Source: Phyllosticta citribraziliensis
Lineage: Eukaryota
Direction: 5' to 3'
Assembly: GCF_038025025.1 (NCBI RefSeq)
Contig: NW_027117338.1
Location: 1,922,001 to 1,986,000, forward strand
DNA: 64,000 nucleotides
The notes under the pieces are model-generated. The model did no database searches. It saw nothing but the letters and a program-made list of their open reading frames with translations, and was not told the DNA's origin. This document shows positions 37,633 to 51,738 of this stretch, in pieces (position 1 is the stretch's first letter; every line of letters starts with the position of its first letter). The position numbers were made by a program, and so were the translations under genes.

Positions 37633-39258
37633 CTAGGAGGAGGAGGCCGCCGGAGCAGCACTGCGCTCGGCGCAGTACTTGGCGACCTCCTTGCTCAGGC
37701 TGGTTTGCTGCAAGCGCACAAGCTCCATGATCTCGGCGGTGCCGGGTTCATCGGCGCAGTACTGCTCGACTTCGACCATCTGAGCCAGGACGGCCTGGAG
37801 CTGGTTGGGGAGCCACTGCATCACGCTGTTAGTTAAAAGGTTTCGTTGGCGCGGGTCAGAGCTTGCGATTGACTTACGGTGACGATGGGACTGCCGCCGG
37901 TGGCCGTCGGGTGCGCAGTGTGCTTGAGAATGTACTCACGCGTGAAGCACCAGTGGCGCCAGCGGAACTCGCGCACAAAATTAACGGCACGCAGGTACAG
38001 TAGGGCCGACTTGGGGTCACGCAGGGCAAAATCCTTGAGGTTGGCCATTTCGGCATAGTCCTTGACGGCCTCGAGGAACTCGCGGTGGTTTCCCGGGCGG
38101 TACTGGCGAAAGTCCTTGAGGATCTCGGTCAGCGGCGTGTCTGGCATGGAAATCTGAAGCAGATTGTCGCAGAGCGGAATCTATGAAAGACGTGGTCAGC
38201 CAGCAAGATCAAGGGAAAGAGCAGGGCCAAGGGAAATACCATGCTGTCATTGGCTCCAGACTCGCCACGGAACGCCATTGGCTCGTCGCTGACGCCTTCG
38301 TACACGACGCCGTTGGGGAACATGCTCTGGCTGGTGATGCCAAAGATGAAGGTGCGGAACGTCACGTAGCCGCTCGGCTTGCTCTTCTTCCACATGGTGT
38401 CCATGACGGCATTGATCTTTTGAAGAGCCTGGAGCATGTCGGCCATGCCGTCGTCGAACTTGGCGCGCTCGCCGCCAAGGGCGCCGTTGAGAGCATCAAC
38501 GGCGCCCTTGACCAGCTTGCCCGAATGCCTGACCATGGCGATGTGCACGAGCACGAAGCCGGCCTCGTCGGACGTCGAGTCGAGCCCCTTTTCAAAGGCC
38601 CGGACCAACCGCAGGTTGTCGTACTCGAGACCCTCGGCCGGGTTCTCGAGGCGGTAGTTGTACAGGGCATAGGAGCCCGCGTACTCCATGAATGGCTTGA
38701 AGCCAGCACTGCCAAGCGTCAGTAACCAACGGCCGATTCGACGTGTGATGTTTGAAGTAGGAGAGGGAGGAGGAGTAAAAGAGATGGGAAGACGACATAC
38801 ATTTCGGCAACCTTGGTCATCGGCTTCGCAATGGCAGCCGGCAGCCGCTGCCTCCCCAGACCGTAGCCGTCCTCGCCGCGGACGAAGCGCTCATGGCACG
38901 GCTCGAGCAGGTACGCGCTCAGCAGGAACGAGTAGTCGCGGTACACGGCCGTCATGAGCGCCGCGTCGTCGCGGTACTTGTCCACCTCGGCGCTCAAGTC
39001 GGGCAGCTCACGCTCGACGGCCTCACCCAGCTTGCCCTGGGCCAGCAAGCCCGGGGAGCCGTCGGCCTTGACGATGGGCATGCGCGACAGGAGCGACTCG
39101 AGCGGCGCGAAGCCGGCCGGCAACGTGGCCGGTGGCTCAATGCATGGCAAGAAGCCGCGGTGCGAGGAGACGGTGAAGGGGGGAGTGGAGGCATCAATGG
39201 GAGTATGAGGGTTGAGAAGGGGGAAGGGGAAGACAGGGGGAGCAGGGGCCGGCGCCAT
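37633..39258 (-). CDS. Indoleamine 2,3-dioxygenase family heme protein (likely the fungal IDO-gamma/IdoC type)
   Basis: Motifs HRGFLP, YRDYSFLLSAY, EAGFVLVH, FRTFIFG, FRGESGANDS, YRPGNHREFL, FRWRHWCFTREYI and TATGGSPI. Three introns. Confidence 0.88.
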
Positions 39259-41193
39259 TGCGAAGCAAGATGTAGTCGATGGTTTTGTTTGAGACGAACA
39301 AGTTGAGGTTCCAAAAGAGCAGAGGAAGACTGGAATTGTCCGCGGTGCGGTGGAGAGAAGAAAGAAAAAGAGAACTCCAAGCCATGGCGGTGGGGGACTC
39401 GAGCTGCATATATAGATCGAGGCCGGAATCAATCCGGCCTCAAAGCACAACAATTCCGGCCTCTCTTGTCAACCGTCCTGCACCCATGAAGATCCCCCGA
39501 CTCGTATCTACACGCACCCTAGCGGCGCCCTCCCTTCGGTTCCTCTAGGGTAGGGCCCGGTCCGTTCCCTTTCCTCTCCCAAGTGCCTTTTGTCAGTGGT
39601 CCGCCGGCTTGACAAAGACCCGACACCCAGTGACTGCACCTTTCACGTACGTAATCGCTCGTGCTTGTCCAGCACCGTTGCCCATCCGTTCTCCTCCGCC
39701 GCCTTTTTTGATGGACTTGCAGTGGATGACGGCCGTGTCCAACATTTGTGCACGCTGTTTTGCAGCTTGCTTCCTCTAGTCGCAGGGCTCACACCATCAG
39801 CGGGAATGCTGCCCGCGCATTGGCTGGTTTGTCCGACTAAAACACCTTGCTTTTGTCCTTATCGCTGCTCGTTGCTGCCGTCTGATAGCAGCCATCTGCG
39901 ACGGTGCGTGCGCTCACCTTTCGGGCGACGAAGCTCCAGCGGAATAGCGCGAAGCGTTGAGGAGCTTAAATTTCCGCTGGATGAGCGAGCGGTGCGGATA
40001 TTCGTCCTATTGGTTCCGCTTCCACACCGTCGACTCCGCACCGCCGCGCCCGCCGCGTCGGTCCATGGATGCGATGTGATGTGACGCGTCTTTATCTCGT
40101 CTCGGACAAGGCGGTCCCAGGGCACAAGTTGCTGGGCTGCGAGGTCAGCTGGGTGGCTGTGTTGGCAAAGAACAATGGCAGTTTCTCTTCGGCTGTGGTC
40201 GCGCCATCCAATCAGAGCGCTCCAATTTCCGCAGCTCATCACTCAACTCAAGCCTCTTCTCGTCCACGCACGCACCTCAAGCTCGATTCGTCTATTTGCT
40301 GTCCAGGCTGTTGGTCATATCCGCTCCATTCCTTCCAGTAGCGCTTCTTCGGCGACCAGCAGACGAGGAATGCGAGCGAGGCTTGGGCGCTTATCGTCGG
40401 CTCTGCTCTGATAAGACCCCGGAATCCGTAAAGCAAACGAACGCTCCGTGATAGGGCAGAAAGATTGCCAGGTCGTGTCCGAGCGACGTGCACGCGCATC
40501 TCGAGCGAACGGCCAGAGCGCGGCACTTGTGGTGGATGGTCGGGTCCATGATTGGTCTGAAGGTGTGCAGATGACCGCATGCAATGTATCGTGCCGTGGT
40601 GTACCTACATTTCTCATTGCCGGTCAGATCTGTGTGCCACAGCGTCAAGCGGCAGCATCGCCGGTGAAAAGACGGCACTGGTGTGGTGTTTGACGCGCCA
40701 TGATTGGTCGATAGGTTTGATGTTTGGGATGGTCGCTGGCTGCTTGGCTTAGCTTTGCGGTGGATTGGCGATACGGAGCGACTAGATGGTGTTTGACCAG
40801 TAGCGGTGTTGGCGGAAAGCGGTCCCCTAGGATGCGAGTAGTCCAACACCAGGCTAGATCTCACGATGTAAGCTCATCGGCTTGCGAGGGCGGGATCCCT
40901 AACGGCTCATCATGTTGTAGTGGGCTTGGACCTGCCCGAAAAGTGCGGAGGATGACGGCAGGAGTCTGCATCTTCGCCTATTCCGACAGGTCAAGACTAA
41001 CTTGGCCGTGTCCTCGGAACCGGATCTGGTAGGCGAATGAGGCTCCAACAGCCCGACCAGCTGTCTCATAGTGGGCACGCGAGCCTTCAGCCTTATTTTA
41101 GCCACACGATGAGCGGCGTTTCCGGCTTGGTACCCAAGTACCCTGCGCCGGGCAGGAAGTGCTGTCAGAAAAAAGTCATCCCTGCTTCAATGT

Positions 41194-41222
41194 CACGCAC
41201 GCACGCACGCACGCACGCACGC
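41194..41222. repeat. (GCAC)n tetranucleotide microsatellite
   Basis: About 7 tandem units visible. Confidence 0.9.
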
Positions 41223-43329
41223 TTCAACTAACGGTCGGTCTGCTCTACCGACACTAGCGCCGGTGGCTCCCACTCCATGTCGCGTGGCCGCCACGCTGCT
41301 CTGCTCATCATGCATGGCGCTACCATCATGATGACCCAGTCGGACATGGCCTAGATAGAGCGATGCGCCTCGACGCGACGTGGACGCGAAACAAGTGCAG
41401 AAAGAGGGACAACAGGGCGGAGCCTTTGTCGCGGGAATGCCTGAAATGTGGAAGGCGTGGGCGACTCGTAGCTCGGTTGGGCTTTTTGGAATGCAGCGAG
41501 GCGTTGGCTGGTTTGGCCACGATGGCCTCTTGCGCAAGTCTAGGTCGGGCTTTGGAAGTGGTGACGAAGGAGAAGTGGCGACCAAGCTGCTTGAACCCAA
41601 ATATATTTTGGTGGTGGAATCATGGAGCAACCCTTCCGCGAGCCGAGAAAACGAGAATGGCGCAGGGATTGCGCAGCAACGAGATAACATGGTGGGAGGT
41701 GTTGAGTTTTGCGGACGAAAGGGCTTTTGCGTGCCTCGTCGGGGTTTCCAAGGGGCGAGGTCGAGTTTGGCTCTGGAATGGATCAGGGGCTGGAGGAGGA
41801 CGTCACGGTGATATCAATCTGTGGCGCCCCAGGGCGGACGGGGATAAGCTTGATTTTGGCAGTGCGCGTGGGTGCCGTGGGTTATTGGATTGGTGTGGCT
41901 GGGCAATGCCAATGCCAATGCGGGCGCCACACGACGCGCGAGAGGGCATGGAGGACGAATGAAACGCAGAGGGTTGCGATAAGGACAGGTGTGCGCACCG
42001 ATGCCGCTCCCCCGCAATCGCACATGTGCATGGTCCGGACCCCACGCGTCAGAGTCGCGTTGGGGACGTCAAGCCGGGGCACGCCTCACCTCACCCACCG
42101 AAGCTTCGGGAAGGGCGGCGGAATGCCCGACAGAAGGGCGCGCGGCCTAGGCTCCGGGCGCGGGCGCGATGGCGAGGGCGAGGGCGCAAAGCTAGGTGTC
42201 GGCTGCGCGTCGCGTCGGGCAGCGAAAGCGAAAAGCGACAGAGGCGGAGCAGTCGGGACATGGAGCAAGGTAGAGGTCGGTCGACGGATGGGCTTGGTGT
42301 TTCAGCAGGGTCAGAAAAGCAGCTGCACCGAGGGACGAGAGACGAGGGACGGATTGGCCGACCGCGCCTTCCCTGCCGGCCGCGGGCGCGTAGCAGCACA
42401 GCAGTCTTACGGTAGTCTTGCAACGTCTTAGTCGAGCTGTAATCCGTCCACCGCGCCGGCCTGCGGAGCTGCAGCGACAGCGAGAAAAGACAACAACTGG
42501 AAAAGACAACAACAGTCAGTCATAGACGCCGCATGGCCGCAGGCTTTGGCGGGTGGCAGTGGCAGTGGCAGGGCGCCCGTGGTCGACAAAGCGCCGGGTG
42601 CATGTGTGGCGCTTTGACTCATGGGGCGCGGGCCCCGGTTCGGGACTAGCGCCAGTCGGGCGAAATTGGGCTGCGCAAGGCCGTCGTGCTTAAATACCTC
42701 GCTCCCTCCGCCCTCGTCGCTCGCCCGCCTTCCTGAACCTTTTCCCATTTTCGGTTGTTCGACGCCACACCCCCGTCCGTCAGCCAACATCCACCCCACC
42801 CCCATCAGTGCACTTGACGATCCACGATCTGAAAGCTTGCACTCCCATTTGCCTGCCCGACAAAGCTTGCAACTAGCGACTCTTGCGCGCTGCGCCGCTC
42901 TCTTGGTACCACCACCGGTCCTGCGACTGTGCGCATCCAGGCCCGCCGCTCGGTCCACCACTCCGCCCTCCCTCACCTCCCTCCACGACACCAGAGGCTT
43001 GCTGGCCTCGCTTCTGAACCTGTCGCGACCTCGTTCCTGATACTGCGCCGTCGACGTTGATCCGCTCGCGACCGGCCATCAACTCCATCTTGATTTCTTG
43101 GCATCGACTGTAGGGGAGGCATTTAGTTGTTCATCTCCCACTCACGGTACGGCACTGCATCTGCTCCAGGACGCCCATCCCGCCTCAAGAGCATCCTCGT
43201 CCAAACCGGCCATTGGTTTCGCCGTTCCGACCGCCTGAATCGACCTCGACGCCGCCGCCTCAGCGACAGCACAACCTCTCCACACCCACACCTCTACACC
43301 CCCCATCTCGTGAAAAGACAACCGCTATC

Positions 43330-44255
43330 ATGGATTCGCTCACTACACACCCGTCCAATGCGACCCAGGCCAAGGCCTTCACTGCGCCTGGCAGCTTGTC
43401 CTTCCCCGGTGGCGCCGGCGACTTGACTCCTCCCTCTTCGGAGAAGGATGTCCAGCAGAACAAGCCCGCTGACAATGCTGGCAACCCCGCCAACGCTGGC
43501 GCAGGCGCAACGCCCGCTACGCCCGCCGCTACCCCCGGTGCCGCTGCCAACGGCGTCTCTGGCATTGTGCCTACGCTCCAGAATATTGTGTAAGTCGGCA
43601 ACGGGCAAGATCACGGCCAAGCGGCTAACGCAGGCAGCGCCACGGTCAACCTCGATTGCCGCCTTGACCTCAAGACCATCGCTCTTCACGCTCGCAATGC
43701 CGAGTACAACCCGAAGGTACTGGCTTCACGTCAGCTTCTTGGTTCTTGATGTCTTACTGAACTTTTGGCTCTAGCGTTTCGCGGCCGTGATCATGCGTAT
43801 TCGCGAGCCCAAAACGACCGCGCTCATCTTCGCTTCCGGCAAGATGGTGGTGACCGGCGCCAAGTCTGAGGACGACTCGAAGCTTGCCTCGCGCAAGTAC
43901 GCGCGCATCATCCAGAAGCTCGGCTTCAACGCCAAGTTCACAGACTTCAAGATCCAGAACATCGTGGGCTCTTGCGACATCAAGTTCCCCATCCGTCTGG
44001 AAGGCCTCGCCAGCCGCCATCACAACTTCTCGTCTTACGAGCCCGAGCTCTTCCCGGGTCTCATCTACCGCATGATGAAGCCCAAGATCGTCTTGCTCAT
44101 CTTCGTGTCGGGAAAGATCGTGCTCACCGGCGCCAAAGTCCGTGAAGAGATCTACCAGGCCTTCGAGCTCATTTACCCTGTGCTCTCAGGTAGGTTTCTG
44201 CGTTTCTTCGCCTTGACAGGTGCTAATTTCTTTGTCAGACTTCCGCAAGTCTTGA
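43330..44255 (+). CDS. SPT15: TATA-box-binding protein
   Basis: [68 protein letters not shown]...[13 protein letters not shown]. Three canonical introns, last exon DFRKS*. Confidence 0.97.
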
Positions 44256-45823
44256 GCGCCTGGCGACCACATCGTTGAGCTTTGCAACTCACCCAATGAC
44301 GCTACCCTGCTGTCTGAGATGCTCGCTCTTCGGTTTGTATTAGTATACCACACACGGGACGTCACTGGACGCCCTTCACTTCACTCTTCCTGAACTCCCG
44401 CAGAGGGATGGTCACGGTTTCGACTGCTTTTCAATTGCGTCTTCTGCTTCTTTTGCGGCATTGCATGGTGTTATGGTGGGCTCTGCTTTACACCCCTATG
44501 CTTTCACAAGTCTTATGGGTTCCTGATAAAATTTCCTTCTCGTTGACACTACACGTGCGTCTTAGAGGTTGCCACCCCACATCGGAGGCGACGATGGGAC
44601 GATCGGGGCATGCAAGGCTTAATTTGATTGCGTTGGCGGGAAATTGAGGAAGGCCTCTCCCCCTGGTCATGAACACGACAGGAGGATGAAGTACTCGATC
44701 ACAGCGGGTGGGTATGACGACGGATGACTTTTTGCGCGCTTTTCTCTTTCTCTTTCGCTGAGCCTGGGTGTATGGCTGCCTATGAGAAGCCATGGCTCTT
44801 GAATTTCTTTTCTTCCTTTGGGTCTCCTCCAACATCAAGATCGCGCCCGGCCAGTTGATGATTGATCGTCCTGTTCGGGTGCTGGGGGTTTCCTGGGCGT
44901 GAACACTTGGTACACGCACACAAGATCAAAAAAACTGAACATGAAAAGGTCGTGTTTTGGCGGCAATACGTAGAGATAGCTGTGAGGTAATTTCTACCTA
45001 TCAATTGAACAACCTCCACGACTGAACTTCATTCTCCGATTCAATTTGATGAATCTCTTCTGCCCGCTCACAAGCAAGCCACCACCCACGCCACTGACGG
45101 ACGTCTCTCGTCTTCCCTGCCTCTCTTTCCCGTTCCAATCTCATTCGGTCGTACGCGCGTCCGTATACAGGCGAAAATTTTCCCTGTCCTTGTCCCTGTC
45201 CGCCGCCTCCGCCGCCTCCTTTCTCGTTTGGCCGTTTTTCCCTTGCGCTTCCATGCCGGGCCACGCTGCACGCGAGAGCGCCACTGCCCGCCTTCCTTGC
45301 ATCTGTACGGCTATCCACTATCAAGTGTTTCCTGTTTCCTCTTTGCTTGCTCTTTGCTTCCTTCGCCCTATGCATGTACATACATACAGTGCAGTGTGTA
45401 CGGAGTGTGTATCACTCACTCATGCATCGTACCAACCCATCTCATCTACCTTGCATGTCCTCGCACGCGTGTTGTTGGCTGGAAGTGAATGTCGTGTGCC
45501 CTCCTCCCTGCACGGTGTCGCGTCAATCGCATCTCCTTCCCCGTCCCCATGCAGACACGCATGTCCGCCCATGTCTTGCGATTGTTTTTGCCTGTCGTTT
45601 TGTGGTGGGTGGATTCCGCCGTTTGTGTGCTCGCCCCTGCATATGTCACATTATTACGCATGTACAGGTAGGCAAGTACGTTTGCATCGGACCAAGGGAC
45701 CAATCGAAGAGCAACCATCCGGCGGAGTGGTTGGTTGCTCGGGGGGGGCTTGTTTGTTTGATATGCATCATTATGGATGATGGACAGGCTGAAGGCAGTC
45801 AGGCAAACGCATTGGTTGGCTGC

Positions 45824-45856
<33 letters not shown>

Positions 45857-47362
45857 CCTTAGACTTGCATACATGAGGCATGATGATCGCCGCTGCATGA
45901 CGGCAGAAGGCATATGGTAGGTAGGCTGCGGTGACTTGAGTTTTAAACGTCGCTCTACGGAACGCCGCTGGAGTGCATGCATGCAGTGCATGATCCCATG
46001 GACGGTCGACCGGTCAGACAGACAGTGAGAAAGAGAGAGAGAGAGAGGGAGTAAGAGGCCGAGGCGCGTTCAGCGCGCTGCGGCAGGACACAACAGAGTT
46101 GTTGAACGCCTTTGCTGCAGTGATTAAGACGACGCGGGAACAAACCCTCTTTCTCTTCCTCTCGCCGACACAAACGTCAAATCCGACTGCTGGATACGAA
46201 GAGACTGGAAAACAAAATCTCCCGGCGCAACGTTATGCACACGCCGTGTGTATGTACAAACGGAACAACGGAACAGGGCAAGCAAGGCAAAGTCAGGGGC
46301 GATGCGCAGCAGCAGCAGCAGCGAGCGGGCGGGGAAACGGGAAACGCGAGATGCAGGCCGTACGGGATACGGCACGTGTGATACATACCTATGCGAGCGA
46401 GACGAGACGAGACGAGACGAGATGCAAAGTGCATGACACGCAGCTGTCTGGTTGGCCGGGCTGGTCCGAATCTTGGATTATGGGCGGCGTGTCTACGTAT
46501 CCATGCATGTCGGTGAGTATGCGCAGGCCAACCACAAGCCCTTTCTCAACGTCGGCCTTGACCGTTGATGCTGGAGAGGCAAACAGACAAAAAAGAAACA
46601 AGGAGTGACGGCGAGAGATGTGCACCAGGACAAGGATCAAGAGCAAACGGTCAACCAATCCCAGTGCACGCCTCGCCTGCACCCAATTGCGCACCAGACG
46701 GAGCGCGCAGCGAGCGAGCAAACGGAGTTCGCCGCCCGGCAAGAAAAGACTCCCACGACTCCAGGCAGCGCAGCGGTGGCGCAGCGTGGCGGCAGGGATG
46801 GCATCTCGAAAGTGGACGGTCACCACCCACCAGACGGGCATGATGATGCGTGGCGGCCCCCGTCTGTAGTTGGTTGTTTTTTCTTTTTTTCTTTTTCTCC
46901 GTTTTTCCAGATGTTTCTTTTTTGGTCCTTCCAGTCCTTCTAGGGCTTTCTTTCTTTTGTTTCCTGATCCATGTTTCTTCCGAGTCATTGTTTCTTTTGC
47001 GAGAGGCACGAGGGCGAATGGGGTAGCGTGGCTGCACGGCCTAAACGTCTGTGGCGGTGGGCGTGGGTGTGGGCGTGGGCTCGTTGGTTGGACTTGTTGC
47101 TTGATTTGTCGAGGCACATGGAGATGACGCCTTGTAGTTGGGTAGGTCGGGATGGTCTCGTGTTTGTTTTGCTGAAGAAACAGCGGTGTCGGCTCGGGTG
47201 TGGACAAAATTTCTACGTGTCTAACGCGCTCTAGATGAAGAAGGAAAAGAAATGCAATGCCGCTCAAGTGCGCCGGTGCTGTGAAAGTGAAGAAACATTT
47301 CCGTCCAATTGTCGAAAGATTGCAAGCTTTTGTTCCGTCCAAAACAGAATCGCCACCTTCCT

Positions 47363-48869
47363 CTACAACTTTGCCTTCCCACCCTTCTTGTACTCCTCTT
47401 CCAAAATCATGCCCTGCGGCCCACCCCGGCTGCCGTCCAAGTTCCACTCCTCCTCCTCTGGCACCCTACGCTCCGGCCATTGCCACTTTTGCTGGAACTC
47501 GGCCGGCGTCTGGCCCTCGATGCACTGTACAATGATGTCGCCAATGACGGGCATGAACTTGAAGCCGTGACCGCCGCCGGCCGTGGCGACGAAAAGGCTG
47601 CCGTCGTACTCGGGGTGGTAGTCGATGAGGAAGTCGCAGTGTGGCCGGTCGGTGTAGTAGCACATGCGCGTGCCCGCGAATGGCCGCTCAGCAATGGGCA
47701 AGGGCGAGAATGACTTGTCGTGGGGAGCAACACCAGGGGGGTAGAGGGAGGTGCAGAGGCTGCGGAGGGCGGCCGTGGCTTCGGCGGGAAGATGCTCAGG
47801 GAGAGGAGGGTCAGTGAGATGCGTGCGCGGGATGGATACGGTGATTGGGTTATGGTAGGCCTCTTCTAGGGGCAATTCGGGATGAGGGATGCGCGTTGGG
47901 TTGGTGTAGCCGTGACCGTGGCGCGCAAGCTTGATATGGTTGGCAGACGGGGAGATGACGAATAGACCAGTCTCGAGGTTCAGCGGCGTAGGCATCTTCT
48001 CGAGGGCGCGCGTTTCCGAGTCGGATATGGTAATGTACGATACCGTCTGTGCTACTGATCTGGCAATGCCGCGAAGATCAAGCAGCGCCGGCGTCCAAGC
48101 ACCGGTAGCTAGGATGGTGAAGTCGGCAAACAGACAACGCCCATCGTCGAGTAGAGCTCCGCGCACCTTTTTGGGCGACACCGAGTGGTCAATGTCGAGT
48201 CGCGAGACGGTTGCTCGCACACGCCGCACGCGCTGCGTGCTCGCAACCTTTTGATTCAAGTAGTGCATGCATTCCTCGGCGTCTCCCCAGCCAGACGTCC
48301 AGTTGACGTACCCTTGGACGCCGTTGGTGCCCCCTGTCCCGAGAACGCGGCGCAAGTCGGCCTCGGTCTCCAAAACCTCGATGAGGGGCCTGCCAAAGCC
48401 CCTCGACTCTTTTCGCGTCACCTTGGCGTTGGGAGACAGCTTCTTGGCTTCCATATCCAGGACATTCTTCAGGGAATTGATGCCGTAGTTGGTACCCCCC
48501 GCACCCGCCGTCACACAAAGTCCAGTTTCGGTGTAGCGGCCGTCCGCGCCCCATTCGGAGGAGCGCCAGAGCTCCTGGGCCTTGTCGGCAAGCGCAGCAT
48601 AGGCAGGGTCCGCATAGTCGGGACGGATGATACGCGAGGTGTCAATCTGCGGCGCCGCAAGTTAGTTGGTTTCGGAAGCTAGTTGATTGGCCAGGCGCGG
48701 GGAGCACTACACTGGAACTGTCGCGCGATGGGAAGCTAGAACGATCTACGAGGGTGATAACCGTGTCTTTGTACTTGGGGTTTGTCGCCAGGGCGTAGGC
48801 AGTCGACAGGCCAAAGACTCCTGAGCCAATAATCAGGACGGACGAGGGAATAGGCGGCGTGGCAGGCAT
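47363..48869 (-). CDS. FAD-dependent amine oxidase (sarcosine/L-pipecolate/fructosyl-amine oxidase family)
   Basis: Rossmann motif IIGSGVFGLSTA, one intron, then IDTSRIIRPDYAD, ILATGAWT, RMCYYTD and ATAGGGHGFKFMPVIG. Confidence 0.9.
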
Positions 48870-49253
48870 GGCGGCAGACGAGGAAAAGAAGCGCAAAGAC
48901 GACAAAAGACACGCCGCGCAGCAGCTCAATTGATTGAAGAAGAAAGATGACGAGAGAAGAGGCGGACACGGACATGGGAAACTCACGGACGGCGAATCAG
49001 CCGCTCTTCCGGCAGTCGTCTGATATTGCAGCGGCCCACAAGTTCTGGGAGCAGGGTTGGTTTGGGTTTTTTCTTTGCTGTGGAGAGCCGCGGGGTAGCG
49101 TGAGGACAAGAAGGGTGGGAAAAGGGCGCGCCGCAACGGCCACCGTCGGCATAGAAATGGCCGATGCCGGTCCGCCAGAGCCTTCTACCACTTTCGTGCA
49201 TGATTTCCGACGCGTCTAACTGAACATCTCGAAACCACCAGCGACTCTCCGTC

Positions 49254-50318
49254 ATGGGTGCAAAGTCATCCCCGCCGCCGCGCAAGCAAAATGCCGTCCC
49301 TCCAAAACCGCTACCATTCGCGCCGCGCTCCAAGCCCAAGCCCGTTCCACGTCCCACTGTCGCGTCACCGGCCCGCGCGGCTCCCGAGTTGAGCAAGAAC
49401 GCTCAAAAGTTTCGTCGCTTTGGACTATGGGGCGCTCTCGCGTGCGCTGCGTTTGGCGGCGCCTACATGGTCCCGCTCGCCGTGTCCATGTTCAACCCCG
49501 AATCGCTACCGTATCCCGTTCCGGAAGACGCCTCAGACCGTTACGACCGCACAGCCAAAACATACGACGAGACAGTGGGCGCATCCGAGAAGAGCATCGG
49601 CGTGGATAGACTGCGAAGGAAGCTGGTCGGGCAGGCAGAAGGCCACGTACTCGAGGTTAGCGCAGGCACTGGACCAAGCCTGGCGCACTACAACTTCAAG
49701 AAGGTGCGCAGTCTGACGCTGCTGGACCAAAGCGCGCCGATGGTCGAAATCGCACGCCAAAAATGGAATGAGTTGAAACAAAGAGACGAAGTTGCTGGCA
49801 GAAAGTCGGGCAACGTCGAGTTCAGGGTGCAAAGCGCTTTCGATCCAATTGAAGAACCCAAACACGAAAAGGATGAAAAGGTCGAGGAGCCGGGCAAATT
49901 CGACACGGTGGTACAAGCCCACGGGCTGTGTTCGACCGCGCAGCCAGAACGACTCCTCCACCGCCTGGGTCAAGTAGTCACACGCGATGGCAAGATTCTG
50001 CTGTTGGAGCACGGGTACAGCTACTTTGGCTGGTTGAACCTTTCACTAGACCGCAACGCGCCAGTGCGCGCAGACAAGTATGGATGTTGGTGGAACAAGG
50101 ACATTGGGGCAATTGTTCGGAATAGCGGTCTCGAGATTGTCAAGATCAGTAGACCCTGGTATCACTTGGGAACGACGTGGTGGATTGAGCTGCGCCGCAA
50201 CGTCGAAGCCGAACAGGAGCAAAGGCCACGGATAGAGGCAGAGGTGCAACCCAAAGAGCGAGTCGCGGCCATGGCTCAACAGCAAGAGGCAGGGCAAAAA
50301 CGCGGATGGTTGTGGTAA
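49254..50318 (+). CDS. SAM-dependent methyltransferase, OMS1-like (predicted mitochondrial)
   Basis: Basic N-terminus plus one TM segment, motif I VLEVSAGTG, FDTVVQAHGLCS, ILLLEHG and GCWWNKDI. Intronless. Confidence 0.85.
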   Translation: MGAKSSPPPRKQNAVPPKPLPFAPRSKPKPVPRPTVASPARAAPELSKNAQKFRRFGLWGALACAAFGGAYMVPLAVSMFNPESLPYPVPEDASDRYDRTAKTYDETVGASEKSIGVDRLRRKLVGQAEGHVLEVSAGTGPSLAHYNFKKVRSLTLLDQSAPMVEIARQKWNELKQRDEVAGRKSGNVEFRVQSAFDPIEEPKHEKDEKVEEPGKFDTVVQAHGLCSTAQPERLLHRLGQVVTRDGKILLLEHGYSYFGWLNLSLDRNAPVRADKYGCWWNKDIGAIVRNSGLEIVKISRPWYHLGTTWWIELRRNVEAEQEQRPRIEAEVQPKERVAAMAQQQEAGQKRGWLW

Positions 50319-51699
50319 GAGCGACAAACGGCCCATGGAGCATCATGACGGAGGGGTTTTAGAGTTGCAATGTTCCAGACCGCAAGGCACCGGGTCGAAG
50401 GCCAAGCTTTTGGTTGTCAAGGAAGGTCGACAACAAAGTTTCCGCGGGGATGGAGAGCGGGAAGCAGTCCACGCCCCGTGTTCGTCTGGGGCTTGGCGAG
50501 TCGGGGATGGCATTCTGATATCGATGGTGGGTTAAAAGACGATCTCTGCGGCGAAGACGAGTCAGAGAGACTTTGCGGGCTAACCGGCTTGAGCATGAAT
50601 GATGTGGATGCGCAGTTCACGCCGCGAGCCTGTTGGAGGAGCAGCGTGCCATCCCTGTCTGGGAGTCGTGTCCGACGTCAAGCTGTACGTCAAGTCGCAG
50701 GCGGTGGCGTCATGAAGCTAGCTGAGCCACGACGGGAGAGTTGGGAAGAAAGGGCACAGTATTGGCCCATGGCTGGCGTCTAGATGGGATGCAAGAGTCA
50801 TAGTCTGATGGTGTGGCCGTCGCGGCTTGGGGCGAGGGTGGGGAGGGCCAATCAGGGCGAGGGATGCAAGAATGGAGAGGGGAGCATCCAAGCTCCCTCT
50901 GGCTACCCCAAATTCCCCAAACGCCTAAATTAGGGGACCCTTTGTTGCAGCCATGCAGGCACTCTTGTGGCCTGCATATGCACATTGCCAGATTCTCCAG
51001 CGGCCAGGCCAAGCGAGGGACCATGCATAAGCCCTGACTCATTGCGCAAACCACGTCGATGATTTGGCCGGCATGCCATTGGCCGCGACGCAGAGGGGGC
51101 ATGAGAGAGCACTGCATGTGCAAAGAGTCACGGCCAACTGCGTAAGCTGCCGCTGATGGATGGTCGGGCAAAGGGTGGCAAGGGAGGTTTGGCAGCTAGG
51201 TTGCAGTTTGATGAGGGCCGCCCTGGCTGCCGGTCAGCGGTAGACGGTAGACGGTAGGCGGGCGGGTGGGTGGTTGACGGGCGCAGGGCCGGGCAACAAC
51301 AACAATAATTGCCATGAACCTTGGGTACTGTATGAAACCATGCGGCCGTCGTCGCTCGGTTGCAGTTTTTTTTTTTTTTTTTTTTTTTTCTTTCTTCTTT
51401 TACAGCCACTGAGCATGGGGCCAAGCCAAATTGCACGGCGGCGGAGTGGCTGCTGGGTCTGCTCGGCTCTTTTGCGCTGGCGCTAGAATCGTCTGCCACC
51501 AGCTGCAGTTCCTTCGATGCGTCTTCGTCGGGCCTTTTTGCGGGCCTGTTTGTCACGCACCCACGCACGGAGCGGTGTCGCCGTCTTTGCTGTCGCCGCG
51601 TCAGGTCATGTTGGCCGGGGGGCGCAGGACAGACAGGCCGAGGGGGACGACGAAGCGCAAAACAAACAAGGGAAAAAAGCTTCAGGCGACGCACAGCTC

Positions 51700-51738
51700 T
51701 ATTTACATTTACATTTACATTTACATTTACATTTACAT
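51700..51738. repeat. (ATTTAC)n hexamer microsatellite
   Basis: About 6 tandem ATTTAC units upstream of the GDS1-like gene. Confidence 0.9.

Noticed and set aside
46389..47447. 352-aa minus-strand ORF downstream of the FAD oxidase
   Set aside because: Runs through microsatellites and A-tracts, overlaps the oxidase 3' end, and has no domain or coding-like bias.
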